Part shown: positions 26,979 through 40,880 of the stretch, piece after piece
Numbering within the stretch: the stretch's first letter is position 1
Layout of the letters: each line of letters begins with the position of its first letter
Assembly (NCBI GenBank): GCA_015680685.1
Contig: MNCI01000967.1
Coordinates: 356,458 to 420,457 of the forward strand
Direction: 5' to 3'
Origin: Gnetum montanum
Taxonomy: Eukaryota > Plantae > Gnetophyta
Length of the DNA: 64,000 nt
Notes under the pieces: generated by a model
What the model was told of the DNA's origin: nothing
Seen by the model: the letters and a program-made list of their open reading frames with translations, nothing else
The model's database searches: none
Program-made: the position numbers and the translations under genes

Positions 26979-29900
26979 GTGGGCCTCACAATGATGTTGA
27001 ACAATGTATTGATCCTAATTGCTTAGATCTTAAGCCTAAGAATCTCGTTGACTACATGGCTTCTATAGAGAAAATTCAAGAATGTCCTAAAAACCTAGTC
27101 AAAATCCTTGACCTTGAAGCTGGTGTCATTACTAAAGAATCTCTAGTTGAGTTTCTTATTACAACACATAATGGTGAGGAGAAAACACTGAAACTAAGTT
27201 TCTTGTTGGAATTCAAACAGGCTTAAGACATTACCAAGGTCATATAAGATAATATTAAGGTCTTTTCTTGATCATACAATGATATGCCATGTTTGGACCC
27301 ATGCCTAGTATAACATAACATCATACTTGATCCTAGCACTAAACCAGTCAAGTAAATAGTTTGTAAGATTAGACCTAATTTTTCCATATACGAACATGAT
27401 GAAATCACAAAACTATCCCAAGTTGGTTTAATTAGAGCTATTGATTACATAGATTGGGTATCCAACATAGTGGCAGTTCCTAAGAAAAATGGGAGTATAC
27501 ACATTTGCATCGATTTTTGAGACCTAAAGAAGGTAACTATCAAAGGTGATTTCCCTTTGCCTAGTATTGATCAACTTATGGATAGTATAGCTAGGCATGC
27601 CTTATTATCCTTTATGGATGGATTCTTGGAATACAACTAGAATAGGATTAACTTAAAACATCAATGTAGTATAACAATGACGCCTTGGGGGTGCCATTTG
27701 TTACACTATGATGCCCTTTGGCCTAAAGAACATAGGAGCAACCTACCAAAGAGCTATGACTTATATTTTTAGTGACTATATGCTAGGTTTGATCAATGAT
27801 TATGTAGATGATATAGCTTTTAAGTCCAAAGTGGTCAACAACCATGTGCATGACCTTGATCTTGTGCTTAAATGATGTCTCAAGTATGAGCTTAGGCTTA
27901 ATCCCAAGAAGTGTGTCTTTGGCATTAAAATCAATAAGATAATTGTCTTTGTATTATCTAAAGCAAGGATAGGTTTTGATCTTGATAAGGTTAAAGACAT
28001 ATCCAACTTGGTAGTACTAACTAACCTTGAGGAGCTTTAGGGACTACAATGTAAATTACAATTTATTTGTATGTTCATTACTAGGCTCACAAATACGCTA
28101 CAACTCATGCAACACTTGCTTAACAAAGGAGTTCACTATTAGTGGGTGGCTCTATGCCAAGAAGCCTTTGAAAGCCTTAAGCAAGAGTTGGCATAACTAT
28201 TAATGGTCTATTTGCCATAAAAGGATAAGTCCTCTTATATCTACCTTGCTATCTCTAATTCATTCATTGCCTCTCTACTCTATCAGAAACAAGATGATGG
28301 AGTAGAGCTACCTGTATACTACTTAAGCCCTACATTAATTACATATGAGACCCAATACACCAAAGTGGAGAAGTATTGTCTAACACTAGTCTTCCAATTA
28401 AAGAAGTGGAGACACTACCTATTTAGAATCCAAGTTAACCTCATTTGCAAAGATAACGTACTTAGATCCATAATAATCAATATCTATGAGAGTATCTGGA
28501 TAGCCTATTGGAAAGCTATAACAATGGAATTTGACCTTCATTACATCTCCCAAGCCTCAATGGAAGATCAAGCTATAGCTGCACAACTCACTACTTCCTT
28601 TATTGATGACTATGCAACCATTGACACTGAATTCCCTAACAACTATGTCAACATCATTAGCCACATACTTAAGAGTTATGAGGCCATCATGAACTTTGAC
28701 AGAGCTTCAATTACCCATGGGGCCAATGCTGCTACCATTTGAACATTCCCATCTCGTGAAATCCAATCCCTCACTTACCATTTCAAGTTTTCATGTACCA
28801 AAAATGTAGAAAAGGATGTGAGTAATTGATTAGGAAAATGATGATAGCTCATGATCAGGGAATACAATGCTTAATGATCAAAGGTGATTCACAAATTGTG
28901 TTCATATAAGTAATAGAAGTTTATGCATGTAAGAAAAAACATTTGCAATCTTATTATGAACTAGGAAAGAAACTAATGCAATAATTTATAGACATTGATA
29001 TTCAACATGTACCCCAAAATGAAAACACCATAGCCAATGCCATTGTAATGCTAGCCCTCAATGTGACATCAAATTTTTTTAGCAAGTTACCTTCCTTATT
29101 TGTGAACTATGATATTTTCATCATGCAAGACATTGAAGATGACTCCATAGCTATGGTTTATATTGCTACTGCAAAGGAATGGTATGATGATATTAAGTTT
29201 TACCTTATGTATGGTTAACCTTTACAAGGCCTGACTACTGCTCAAAAGGATGTTGTATGAAAAAGATCAAAACCATATCTCATAGTAGATAATAACATAT
29301 TATGTCAATGATCCTATTATGGTGTATTGTTAGTATGCTTAGGTAAATCTAAAGCTTTCACAATCCTAGAGTAAGTTCATGAGGGTGTATGTGGGGGACA
29401 TATAAGACCTAGAGCCATGATGGAAAAGATTAAATAGTTAGGCTATTATTGATCCTACATGAAAAGTGACTACTTGTAGAAGGTTAAAACTTGTGACACT
29501 TGTCAATGGCATAGCAACCTTGTACATGTATCACCAATTGAGTTACATAACACTCAAATAACTTAGCTATTTCAATGGTGGGGGTTGGATATCATTAGAC
29601 CCACAACACCTAAGTCTTCCATAGAGCATAGCTTTATCATTACTACAATTGAATACTTCACAAAGTGGGTTGAAGCTATTTATCTAAGGAAAAAACATTT
29701 CAAAAGTTTATAGATTCATACTGGATAACATATTAGCCCATTTCGGTATACCTATGATCATTGTCATAGATAATGTATCATAATTTAGTAGCCAAGAAAT
29801 GAAAAAATTTTGTCACCACCTAAGCATTAAGCATTCCTTCTCATCACCATATTACCCTCAAGACAATGGGAAGCTGATGTAAGAAATAAGGATATCATAG

Positions 29901-30417
29901 AATTTCTCAAGAAGATGCTAAATAATAATAAACACAAGTGATATGAGTAGCTTATCCATGTACTTTGGGCCTATCGAACCACATTTTGAACCATAACTAG
30001 TGTGATCCCATATAGCCTTGTTTATGATTCTAATGTTATTTTACCTCTTGAATTACAAGTTTCATCACTTCAAGTAGCCCTATAAAATTTCATCAAAGAT
30101 GAATACAACAAGGAGTTATGCACCATGGATCGAGACTTAGTGGAAGAGCAATGAATGTGAATGCTTGCTCACATCAAGTAGTACTAGGAGAGGAAAAATA
30201 GGAGCATCACCATGACATAAATAAGTACAAGATTGAGGAAGGAGGCCTAGTTCTCAAAGCTATTTGTGATCATGAAGACAAATTCTCAACCAACTAGGAA
30301 GGGCCCTTCTTGGTCACTAAGGCCTACGACAACAAAGTGTTCAATATAGTAGACATGGATGGGAATGAGTTGGCCAATCCTATCAATCATTCCTACCTAA
30401 AGCCCTATCACATGTAG
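26979..30417 (+). pseudogene. pol: pol of element B: RT - RNase H - additional RNase H - integrase
   Basis: WVSNIVAVPKKNG, DFPLPSIDQL, MPFGLKN, YVDD (27801-27812), VEKYCL...WRHYL, aRH (NFDRAS...GDSQIV...HVPQNEN), HEGVCGGH..CDTCQ, WGLDII, YFTKWVEA, stop after LKPYHM. Confidence 0.95.
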
Positions 30418-30461
30418 ATTGTAAGAACCAAAAGTTGGTATCAATTATCTTTGCAATCAAT

Positions 30462-31702
30462 TATTTACCTTTTGGTATGTCAAAACTTTAAGAAAAATGG
30501 AAAACAAGGATGTTTTTGTGGTTGCTATGTTTATAGGACAAGAAATTAAATTGAGACATCTACAACATTTCAAGAAAGTATGCAGGAGTTCAAAGAGCAT
30601 GGACAAGGAGTGAAGACTTCAAATCTCATCTCTGATGATCAAAGGAAAGCCTTAAGTGTAGAAGAATTTATGGTAGAAATACATCTCCAAGAAACAATAG
30701 ACATCTCCCATCAAATGAAGACGTCTCTTAGCAACAGTAGACATATTAGCTAAAGAGAAGGAGAATTAGTGAAGATGTCTTGCAAAAATAGCAAACATCT
30801 ACTATTAAGCAAAGACATCTAAAAGAAATAGTGGATGTCTTGGCCTAGTTGAAGGTTGCTTAGAAGAAGATGTCTCCAAACAATAGTAGACATATTTCTA
30901 GTAAGAAAGACATCTTCATGAAGGCATCTTCATAAAGACATCTTTCTTGTAGAAAATACATCTTTCCCAAATGAAGGTTTGATGTAGAAAGACATCTTAG
31001 TCTCAAAGATGTCTCTAGCAACCATTAGATAGCCATTACATAAATTCCAAGGTGACTTTGGAAACATATTAGCTATAAGAAGACTTCATTCCATTGGAAA
31101 ATGTGCAAGCATTGTGTAGTATCAATTGTCATTATCAAGAAATCATTGTATACATCATTCTATTGTTATTGTTCTTCATTATACCATCTTTTATCTATTG
31201 TAAGTGGCCAATACAAGCTATAACTCAAAGTACAAGGATTATAAAATTTAGTTACATTCTTTCCTTATGATTGTTATTCTCTTTTGTTTCCCTATGAGGT
31301 TGATGTGATTTTTTGAAAAGGCATCTTACCTAAGCTTGTTGGGATCCTACGAGATTGAGTGTTTGTGTAGTACCTCAACACTCTATAGTGGATCTCAAGT
31401 TATAAAGGATGTGGGATTTTGGAAATCACATTCTAAACTTGTTAGGACCTTATGGGTTGAGTGGATTTATTGCATTGAATCACTCTTGAGTGAAGCTTAG
31501 AGCTTGTACAAGGTGTGGTACCCTTCAAATCACATTTTTAGAGAAAAAATGTCTAGAGGTATGCTAGCAAACTACCCTATGAGTCTGCACTACCCAAGTT
31601 AGAGAATCATGTTAAAATTTGATATGTGCTTTGGCTAATTAATTTATGTTCTAGAAAACTTATTCACACCCCCACCTCCCTTTCTAAGTTTAATGATCCT
31701 CA
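30462..31702 (+). repeat. 5' LTR of element D
   Basis: tatttaccttttggtatgtc...gatcctca aligns with 45519-46757; many AGACATCT/AGATGTCT motifs at ~30550-31020. Confidence 0.92.
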
Positions 31703-31704
31703 AT

Positions 31705-31716
31705 TGGTATCAAAGC
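31705..31716 (+). promoter_or_regulatory. Primer binding site (tRNA-iMet)
   Basis: TGGTATCAAAGC, one mismatch from TGGTATCAGAGC, 2 nt after the LTR. Confidence 0.92.
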
Positions 31717-31754
31717 TAGGTACTCTTCTTTGTCATCAACTTTATGAGTGAACA

Positions 31755-32909
31755 ATGGAAGGGATATCTTATACAAAGCCATTCATGTTTAATGGATTAA
31801 ACTTCATCTATTGGAAAGCTAGGATGTAAGGGTTCTTTGAATCTATGGAGTTCAAAGTTTGGGAGTCCATCCTTGGAGGCTACATTCCACTTGCTAACAT
31901 CTCCACCAAAACCATCAAGCCCTACAAAAAATGGACATAATAGAAGAAAGATAAGTTTATGTTTGACTTAAAGGTCAAACATTGTTTATATTGTGCTTTG
32001 AATAAATATGAGTTTAATAGAGTAGCTAAGTGTAAAATGGCTAAAGAAATTTGGCAAACATCAGAGGCTTCTTATGATGGAACCTTTATAGTTAAACAAT
32101 CAAATTTGTTGGTTTTACAAAGTGAATATGATAAGCTTAAAATGAGAAAAGATGATAAAATAAAAGATTACGTTTCTAGAGAAAATGATCTTGTTGTGGC
32201 TATTAGAGGTACTGGAAAAGATCTACCAAGGAGTGATGTGATCATTAAAATGATGAAAACACTTTAGTTAGAGTTTAGACCAAAGGTCACAACCATGGAG
32301 GAAACTAGAGATTTTTCAGCTCTAAAATTTGAAGAGCTTTAAGGTGCTCTCATTACTTATGAAATGAATCTCATAAGTGAAGGATCTATCTAAGAAAAAC
32401 CCATCGCTCTAAAGACTACCTCCAAGGAGAAGGAGCTCAATGAACATGATGAGGATGGCAAAGATGAGATTGCCTTTCTCTCAAGCAAGCTACAAGGATT
32501 GATAGTAAGAAGAATCAAGGGGTCAAATCAGTAAAGATCCAATTTATTCAAAGGTAAAGAAAGAGGTAAAAAAATTTTAAATTCGAACCTTGATTTCTCT
32601 TTTATAGAATGTTGGATTTGTGGAGAAAGAGGCCATATGGCCTCCAAATATCCTAGTAATGTTAGGGTGTAGCAAACGAATAGATCCAATGATGAGGAAT
32701 TGAGAAAGACCAACTTATACACAAGTTGGGATGATGATGAACAAAGTGAAGAGGAAGTAGATGAATCTCCAAAGATTCCCAACTCATATGCATGGCTCTA
32801 ACAGAGGAAGATTCACCCTAAGCTACTAATGATCTACAAGGTAAAAGTGATGAAGGGTATAGAGAATTATGAAAAGACATTTTCATCCTTCATTACATAA
32901 TTAGAAAGG
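31755..32909 (+). pseudogene. gag: copia gag of element D
   Basis: MEGISYTKPFMFNGLNFIYWKARM; EFNRVAKCKMAKEIWQ; zinc knuckle CWICGERGHMASKY at ~32610-32651; cut by F. Confidence 0.92.
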
Positions 32910-34452
32910 TGTTGCAACCAAGAAATTCAATCACTAGAAAATTAAAAGCTCTAGCACAACAACCTCAACCTAGAATCCCCAAGGCCTCCAAAAAATGGAA
33001 TTTAGGATACCTTTGACAATTTGGTAGATCACCCAGGGACTTATGGAATACAAAAATGAAAAATGGAAAAATTAGAATGTAGATATAAAAACTAGAAAGC
33101 ACTTAAAAATTGCACACACAAATAAAATCTTAAAAATTTATTAAAAACTAAAGAATGAGTTCAAGAGATGTGTACAAGGAGTACCCATGGAAGAGCAAAG
33201 GAGCTTTACTTGGATGGGGGTTCAAAGTTTGTTGAAGCCAATATAGTCCACTTCACAAGCCAAATGCTCAACCACTCCTGATGCTATTAAACCTACTCTA
33301 TTTCTACTCCAAATCTACAACATTTTCTACTATTTGGGGGTGGGAAAAGTGAAGGATTTGGGCTACGAAAGTGCTCTATGCTAGGAGTTGGGGGATCCAA
33401 TGAGTGCAGCCTAGATGCTCAAAGTTCACAATTCCCAAGGGGAGTAACAAGGGTTGCAAGGCCATAAGGTTTTCATGTTTTTGTTCAAGAGACTACAAGT
33501 GTATGAGATTGCAAGAGCTCTTAAGTGCTTGAAAATGCCCAACTGTGGATTTACCTAAAGTGTGGATGCAAAAAGTGTGTAACTTGAAAATGGTATTGGG
33601 GTTTAGATTTTATAGGTTTTGGGTCATGGAATGGGCTGTAAATTGGTTGCAATTTGACTATAATTTGGCTAAAAATTAATGAAAATATTAATTACATTTT
33701 AAGTGGGGTAGGTCCCAAAATTTGGGGCGTTACCATATATAGTAAGTGTCATACCTAGATGGCCATTCTATTTACTAAAGATAGTAATGTGGGGATGGCA
33801 TCCATGCTAAGAGGATGACTTCTATGCTGGGAGAAAATCTTCCTTGCTAGAGGGAATGTGTAGAAATATTGGCCATGCTAGATCTACATTGGGGACATGA
33901 AGTATTCACATTGAAAGTTGGTCTCCTTGCTAGGGGGGATGTGAGTTGTACCCCCATGCATCCTAGTTCAAGGTAGGTGAGATCCACCCACATGCGTTCT
34001 CATTGGAGGTAAGAGAGATCCATTCCCATGCATCCTTTCTAGAGGAAGGTGAGATCCAGTCCCATGCATCCTAGCTAGAGGTAGGTGAGATGTACCTCCA
34101 TGCATTCTAATTGGAGGTAGGTTTCTTTAGCCTAGAAAATGTCATACCCCCATACAACCCATCAAAATGCTAATTTTGGCATCCCAAAAGGCATTTTAAC
34201 ATCTCCCCTCCTCCTCCCCCTTCCATCCCCCCACCCCCACCTCCACCATATACATATAGATGATACATGAATTTTTCCACTTAGGAGATGAGGCTTTGAC
34301 TACTTATGAGGCATTTTTTAGTCCCAAAATTATGAGATATGTGAGATTACTCCTCATGGATTACAACCTTCATGTTTACAATGAATTTTTACCTCTAGTT
34401 TCATGGGGTGGAGAAAAAATGGTTACAACATGAAAATTTTGATGGTGTTTCA
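32910..34452 (-). repeat. 3' LTR of element F
   Basis: - strand TGAAACACCATC...GGTTGCAACA; ~33 bp tandem (catgcatcct...gaggtaggtgagatccac) at ~33950-34120. Confidence 0.92.
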
Positions 34453-35409
34453 ATGACCCCTCTTTATTGGTGTCTAGAGGATTAACCTAAAAGGCACTGA
34501 CAAAGAATACAATACACCATAGTAGGTCCATCATTGAAGTTCCCTCTCTATGCTTTATTCAGTCATGTTGAACCATGCCAAAGAGTGCTTATAATGGTGG
34601 GGTAAGGCTATGATAAGAAAATGGAAATGAGATTGTAAGGAAATGGTTATGAGAGTGAACAATGTGTTCCAAGTGTTGACATCATGGCTATGGTACTAAC
34701 ATGTTGGTCCATTGATAGGTTTTAGTACTTCATGTTTTAAGATGTTGGTTACTCAATGGATGTGTTTGAGGATCCAACATCTTGCTCCAAAGTTTCTTTG
34801 ACCTATAAGCTCCTTCCATTGCATGTTTGGAGCTGTTAATCTATTATTTTAAACTTTTGTTGCTCATAGACCATTCCAGCTTCTTAACAATTTACTTTTC
34901 CATTATTTTTTTTGGTGGGGTAAAACCTTCATTGGATTTCTTTGTTAAGGTTAGTTTTGATTTGGTTTTTACATCAAGTGAGATGTGTTACACTCAATAT
35001 AATTGATGGGCTTCCCATTAAATGAGCTATGTTACATTCAATGGACTTATAGGTGGAGCATAACAAAGGAGATATCATATGGCCATCATGCATGAATGTT
35101 AGACATTAATCATCATTGTTACTTAGGGTAAGGAAGGTTATATTTAGGCTATGGGATTGGGTTTATGGAAATGAGATGGAAATGACATAAGAACTCTTAA
35201 AATGGTAGGACAAGCTCATTGAATCCTATGCATTAAGGTCACATGGTGATTTTCTACCATGATGAGTTGCACCTCCACAATGACTTTAGGCTTCATCTTA
35301 CAAGCACAAATCCAAGAAGACAAGAAAACCAAGCAAAGAAAACATGTTGTCACATTATAATGCATAAGGCCATGTAAAATGATGAAGAAAACCAAGCTTC
35401 CTAGGTTAC

Positions 35410-35550
35410 CAATGTTGCCAATTTAAGGCCATGGTCAACCATGTTGCTAGTTTAAGGTCATGGCAGGTTGTGATGTTAGTTTAAAGTCTTAGTAGAGCCT
35501 ATTATTAGTTTAAGGTCTTAGTAGACTATGGTGTCAATTTAAGACCTCAA
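35410..35550. repeat. Short (G/T)(C/T)TAGTTTAAGGTC tandem array in F 3' region
   Basis: About 5 degenerate ~30 bp units with the same core as 52490-52830. Confidence 0.75.
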
Positions 35551-38500
35551 CAAGCCATATTGTTACTTCTTTGTCATGCAAAAACATCATACAGGCTCAC
35601 TTGTTGTTGGCTATCAAGGTTGTTAACATTAGTCATTCATTGCAACTTGTAAACAATGATAAACAACATTATAAGAAAACATGTAAGAATTAGGTATAAT
35701 CAAGGCTATGGGATGGCTTTAATGTTGCATTGCAAGGATTTGATGAGCTCATGATTAGGCTTATGTTTTGATGAGGAACTTGGTTTGATGTGTTTTCTCC
35801 TAACCATTGTGATCTTAGATGGGAACTTCAATTGGGGGGACCCCCCGTGATGTTTCTAGATTCAAGGTCAATGGTCATTAGGCTACATTAGGTTGTTATG
35901 GATGTATAGTGCAATGATTTCAAGGTTCAATATTTGGGTACATAAGGGTAACTTGGTCAACATCACAAGGGGGGTTTACTAAGGCTTTAAGGATAGTCAA
36001 GTCTTCTTCCTCATCCTCCTAGCTCAATCTACATGACAACCTAAGCACATCAATTGGAACCTGTGTAAACCTTGATAAAAATTGATAAAACCAAAAAAAT
36101 AATGCTAATAATAATGCACAATACTGTGGTGATATTACATAAAGGAGACAAAATATTTTAACAAAGGCCATACAAGTATCCAAGTAATGTCAACAAAGGC
36201 CATAAGGTAATACAAAGTAATGCAAGGTCAAACATGATTAAACATGGTTACACTTTGCCAATTTTAGGAGTTAGTGGGTTATAGTTACATGATGTTAAAT
36301 GATGATCAAGGATGGTCAAATCCCATCACTTAACACTAATCAAAGGCTAGACAGAAGGCAATATAGGCTACAAAGATAAATGTTATGAAACTAAAGGCTA
36401 GATGAGATCAATTGATGGTAATAAGGGCCATTAATGAGAAACAAGGTCAAAACAGGTCAAAAATCCATGAAACAAGGCCAAATCCATTAGAATGGAATAC
36501 ATGTGATAAACTTGGATCATACTACTCAAATAGGGTTAGATTTTGTTAGTTTATGCCTTAGTAGGCCATGGTTTAAGGCTAAAAGGCTATTGGATAAGTT
36601 TGGGCATCAACAAAGGCTATTTCTAGGCTATTTGAACTGAAAAAGCAAGGGTTTCAATACTTCCATGCTAGACCCACTCTATTTCAACATTGATCAATGT
36701 GGAAGGGGTGATCCTTAGTGTGGATGGAACATCTAGATAGTTTCATAGGCTTGTTTTGTTTAGTTTTCAACTTTCAATGGCTTGCATTAGTGTAGTTTAC
36801 TAGGGATGGAATGGGCTAGTTTTGATGTTAGTTTCAACCCTTGGAATCCCCCTTTGAAACCTAAAAAAATCTTCCACACTAGATCCAAACTAGCCAATGT
36901 GGAGCCAACATGGAGACTAAGGAAAATATGTTGTATGACATTAAGGATATCAAACTTAGGGTCCTAGGGCATTCCCAAGGTAGTGCAAGGTCAAATCTAT
37001 CAAAATTGATTACTTTGAAGGTTGAAAAAGGTCAAAACGTAGGTTGCAAAGTTTCATCCCCTTATTTCCATACTAGCTAGCATCAATGGGAGGGGGCTCA
37101 ACATGGATATATTAAATCTATGCAAAAATAAGATCAAACAAGGTTGCATGGGCATCTGAAGCTAAGATCTAGCAATTGTACATTCCCTAGCTATGTTTTG
37201 AAGTCATTTTAGAGGGTTTTGATTATTGAAGTAAGTTGGAATAAATTCCCCCATTTTTCCATGCTAAGCATCGTGACCTTAGTATGGTAGAATGGGGGTT
37301 CACTTGTTCTTTAGCTTTGGGATGGTCTGGGAGCACATTAACTAGGTTTCTAGGCTTCCAAGACTATAGATTATGATTTCCATATTTTTGACTAATTTTG
37401 CTCATGTTTGGAGGTTTTATGAGGCTATGTAAGGTTACAGCCCCCTTGATCCATGCTAGGGAAGTTTCTCTAGCATGGAAGATGAGAGTGAATGAATATT
37501 AGAGGCTAAAACAATGTTAAATGAGTGCAAACCTAAGGTTGTGAGGTTCTAGGCCTCTTTGATGTAGGTTTTTGATCTCTAGGAGTGTCAATATGTTGCT
37601 AAAGGTTTAAAGGTAGGACCTCCAAGCTGGTCTTATGTTGCCCAACATGGAAGAGGCCTTTCCCAACATGGATAGTTCAAAAATCTCATATCTATGCTAG
37701 TTTTGACCACAATTGACCATGCATGTTAGCTCCCAGAGTTGCTGGGGTCAAGGGCTAAGGTTTAAGATCAAAATTTGGTAGTTTTGAGTGTTTCTAAGTG
37801 GTCTTTTTTTATGTTATCCTCTTTCTTCCACACTAGGAATACCATGCTATGAAGATCCAAGAGCGATAGCTTATGGCTATCTATAATTAGTTTTGAAGAG
37901 TATGAGGGCTTTGGGAGGTGCAAACAAGGTCCTAGAGTCCATGCAAGGCTATCTGATGTTAGTTTGAGGTGTCTATGATCCATTTATGAGTCATCCCAGT
38001 ATCCATGCTAGATCCACATTGGCCAGCATGGAAGAGAGGATCCCTATAGAGGATCCCTAGTAAGGAAGCCTACATTTTTTTTCATTTTTCCATTTTTAAT
38101 CATGCATGTTCATTTCTAAGGTTGACAGTGTCTATGCTTGAATGTTAGGGTCAAAATCTAGTAAGTTTGAGGGTTGTGAGATGGTTTTTTGTCTTACCCC
38201 TCTTCATCCATGTTGGGGCTACCATACTCAGTGTGGATAGAATTTTTCCTATTATGAAGAACCAAAGTAATGCATTATTGAGCTATCTTTATTAACTTTC
38301 AGAAGCCTAGTGACTTTTAGAAAGGTTGGGTTGCTTCCAGGAGTTAATTGTCATGCAAATTTAATAAGTTTTAGCTTCATCCTCTTTCATCCATGCTGGG
38401 GCTAGGATGAAAAACATGCATAATGTCCTCCCTAGCATGGAAGACCCTTAAGAGGTTGATTTTTGGAAGTCTAGTGCTTCCAAAAGTGCTAACAAAGTCT

Positions 38501-38629
38501 TCATGCAAGTATAAGGTAATTTATCATTATTTGAACATGTCTGAGATTCCTCATGAACTTTGCTAGTTGCATCTATGTTAGCTTCACATTGGCCAATGTC
38601 GAAGAGGTCTCTCTCAACATGAATGAATC

Positions 38630-39180
38630 CAAAAATAAAGATCTAGGCTCTCTCAATAGCAAATTCACCATGCATGTTAGCTTATGGGGTTGCCAATGTT
38701 GATTGTTAAGATTCTATGTCAAAATCTACTAGTTTGGAGGCCTCTAGGTGCCTCATGTAATTAAAACCCCTTTTCATGCTAGGTATGATGGCCTTAGTAT
38801 TCATGAGAGGGAAATATCAAATCTAGGCTCTTTTGATAGCAAATTAACCATGCATATTAGCCTCCAGGGTTGCCAATGTTAATGATTAAGATTTGATGTC
38901 AAAATCCACTAGTTTGGAGGCTCCTATGTTCCTCATGTAATCAAACCCCCCTTTTCCATGCTAGGAATGATGGCCTTAGTGTGGATGAGAGAGAAATATT
39001 AGATCTAAGTTCTTTTGATAACAAATTAACCATGCATGTCAGCCTTCAAGTTTGTCAATGTCAATGGTTGAGATTTTGTGTTAAAATCCACCAATTTGGA
39101 GGGTCCTAGGTTTTCATGCAATCATCCCCATTTCTTCACACTAGATAAAGTGGTTGTAGTGTGGATGGGAGTTGGTTTGG
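38630..39180. repeat. ~180 bp tandem repeat (3 units) in F spacer
   Basis: atctaggctc...gcaaattaaccatgcat recurs at ~38641, ~38821 and ~39003. Confidence 0.85.
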
Positions 39181-39469
39181 GGTGCAAGAAGTGGATCATT
39201 GCAATGAGTCAGGGGATGTGTTGCATGGTGGTGATCCCCTCCTCTTTACTTATTTTGAGTCTTTTTCTACTGTAGCTATAATTGTATATTCTTACTTGGT
39301 TTTATTATTATCTATCCTTGTATGTTGATTTTTGTAGGCCACGTAAGCCAGATCATTACTTACCTCAACTACCTCCTCAATGTTCTTTATTTGTGAGAAG
39401 GCTTAGCTTAGTATTTGGGGTTCTAGGTAGTACAACTTTGACTTGATAAAGTCATTTTACTACTTACTT

Positions 39470-40880
39470 GTAGATGGCCAAGAGATGAGTTTCAACAATA
39501 GGTTTTGGAATCTCATTGAGAGCTAAGTTCCACCTTTGAATGAACCTTTTAACTAGTTTAGGTGGCCCCTACCTCACCTTCATCAATTGATCCAATGTGG
39601 CATCTAGCTTCAACTTGTATCTAAAGTAGTTGACAAATTAGTTAATCAAGTCCTCAATGAAAGAGATGGAACCCCTAGGCAATGTTTGATACTAATTTAG
39701 AGTCTTCTCCTTGAGAGACATGGGAAATATTATCAGTATTGTGTGAAGCCAAGCTTGTAAAAAGAGGAACTTAGACTAGAAGATTACTAGATGTGCATTA
39801 GAATCAACTTCACCATTATATTTGGTGAAGTTTGAAATAGGAAAGCTTGTGGGCAAGGTTATTTGAGGTGCCATAGGGCTTATAGGGTTATCTTGGTAGA
39901 AATATAGAACCTTAACCATCTATGTTGTATTGGATTTAAGTTTTTGCAACTCTTTGTCAAGGTCTTGGATCATTTGAAAGGCTTTATCCAAGCCTGGGGC
40001 ATCCCTATGGGTTGTGGTGCTTATGTTGACAATTGAGGAAGAATTTGTAAGACTTAAGGTTGCATAATGAGTAGTAGTACAACTAGAAGAGGTTGGATGA
40101 CCACCATTGTAGGTGCACTAAACAATGAGAAGGAATTATAAGTTGGCATTTATGGTATGAAGGGAACAAAGGGTGTTTGAGAGGATTTTGTTCCTTGGGG
40201 TCCCAATGGTATGGTAAAGGAAGATGATGAGACAAACATCACCGATGCTAGAAGAATGAAGTGGAACTATATGTCAAAGGGTATTGATGAGCACAAAGAG
40301 GTAGATTTGAACATAGGTTATGTCTAGTGCATGATGATGATGGGCATGAGACTGACCATTGTCAAGTAGAAAGGGGTAGAGGATGGTAGCACCTAGCCCA
40401 TGGAGAAAATAAAGGGGATAGAGGAAGGCACTATGGCCTTTGGGAATGTTTTTTGGAACAACCGACCTAGGATTTTTTCAGGATTGGGTCTACCCTAAAC
40501 TCATCCTCCTTCTCCTTTTGTTCCTTCAAGTTGTGATTTTCATCCTCTTCATCCATCTTAATCAATTGAGATATGATGCAAGCATAGGTGTCATTGAGAA
40601 AAATTTGATCATACAAGGAAGGGTTTTATTCCTTTCTATCCTAATGTATGAGTTCAAATTCACTTTTGGCTTTTGCTTATACACACAGAATCAACATTCT
40701 AGCCTACTTTTTGGCACAAATGTAATTTTACTGATCCTCATTTATGACCAAAAATTTAGGACTTCATCCCCTAAACCTCAGAGACTTCCTACACTCAATG
40801 ATAGCAAGGTCCTTGGGGTCATATACCCTTAAAGCTCGATGGCTAGACCCATTTTTAGTGAGATCAAAGGGCAACTTGGT
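39470..40880 (-). pseudogene. gag: Truncated gag of element F
   Basis: KAKSEFELIH...ISQLIKMDEED (cf. B KAKREYELIHH...LSQLI*MDEDD) and FYQDNPISPMAPQITLP...FPISNFTKYNG; stops before the zinc knuckle and protease. Confidence 0.85.

Noticed and set aside
40440-40832. 130 aa hydrophobic, membrane-like ORF
   Set aside because: It is the antisense shadow of F's E/K-rich gag N-terminus.
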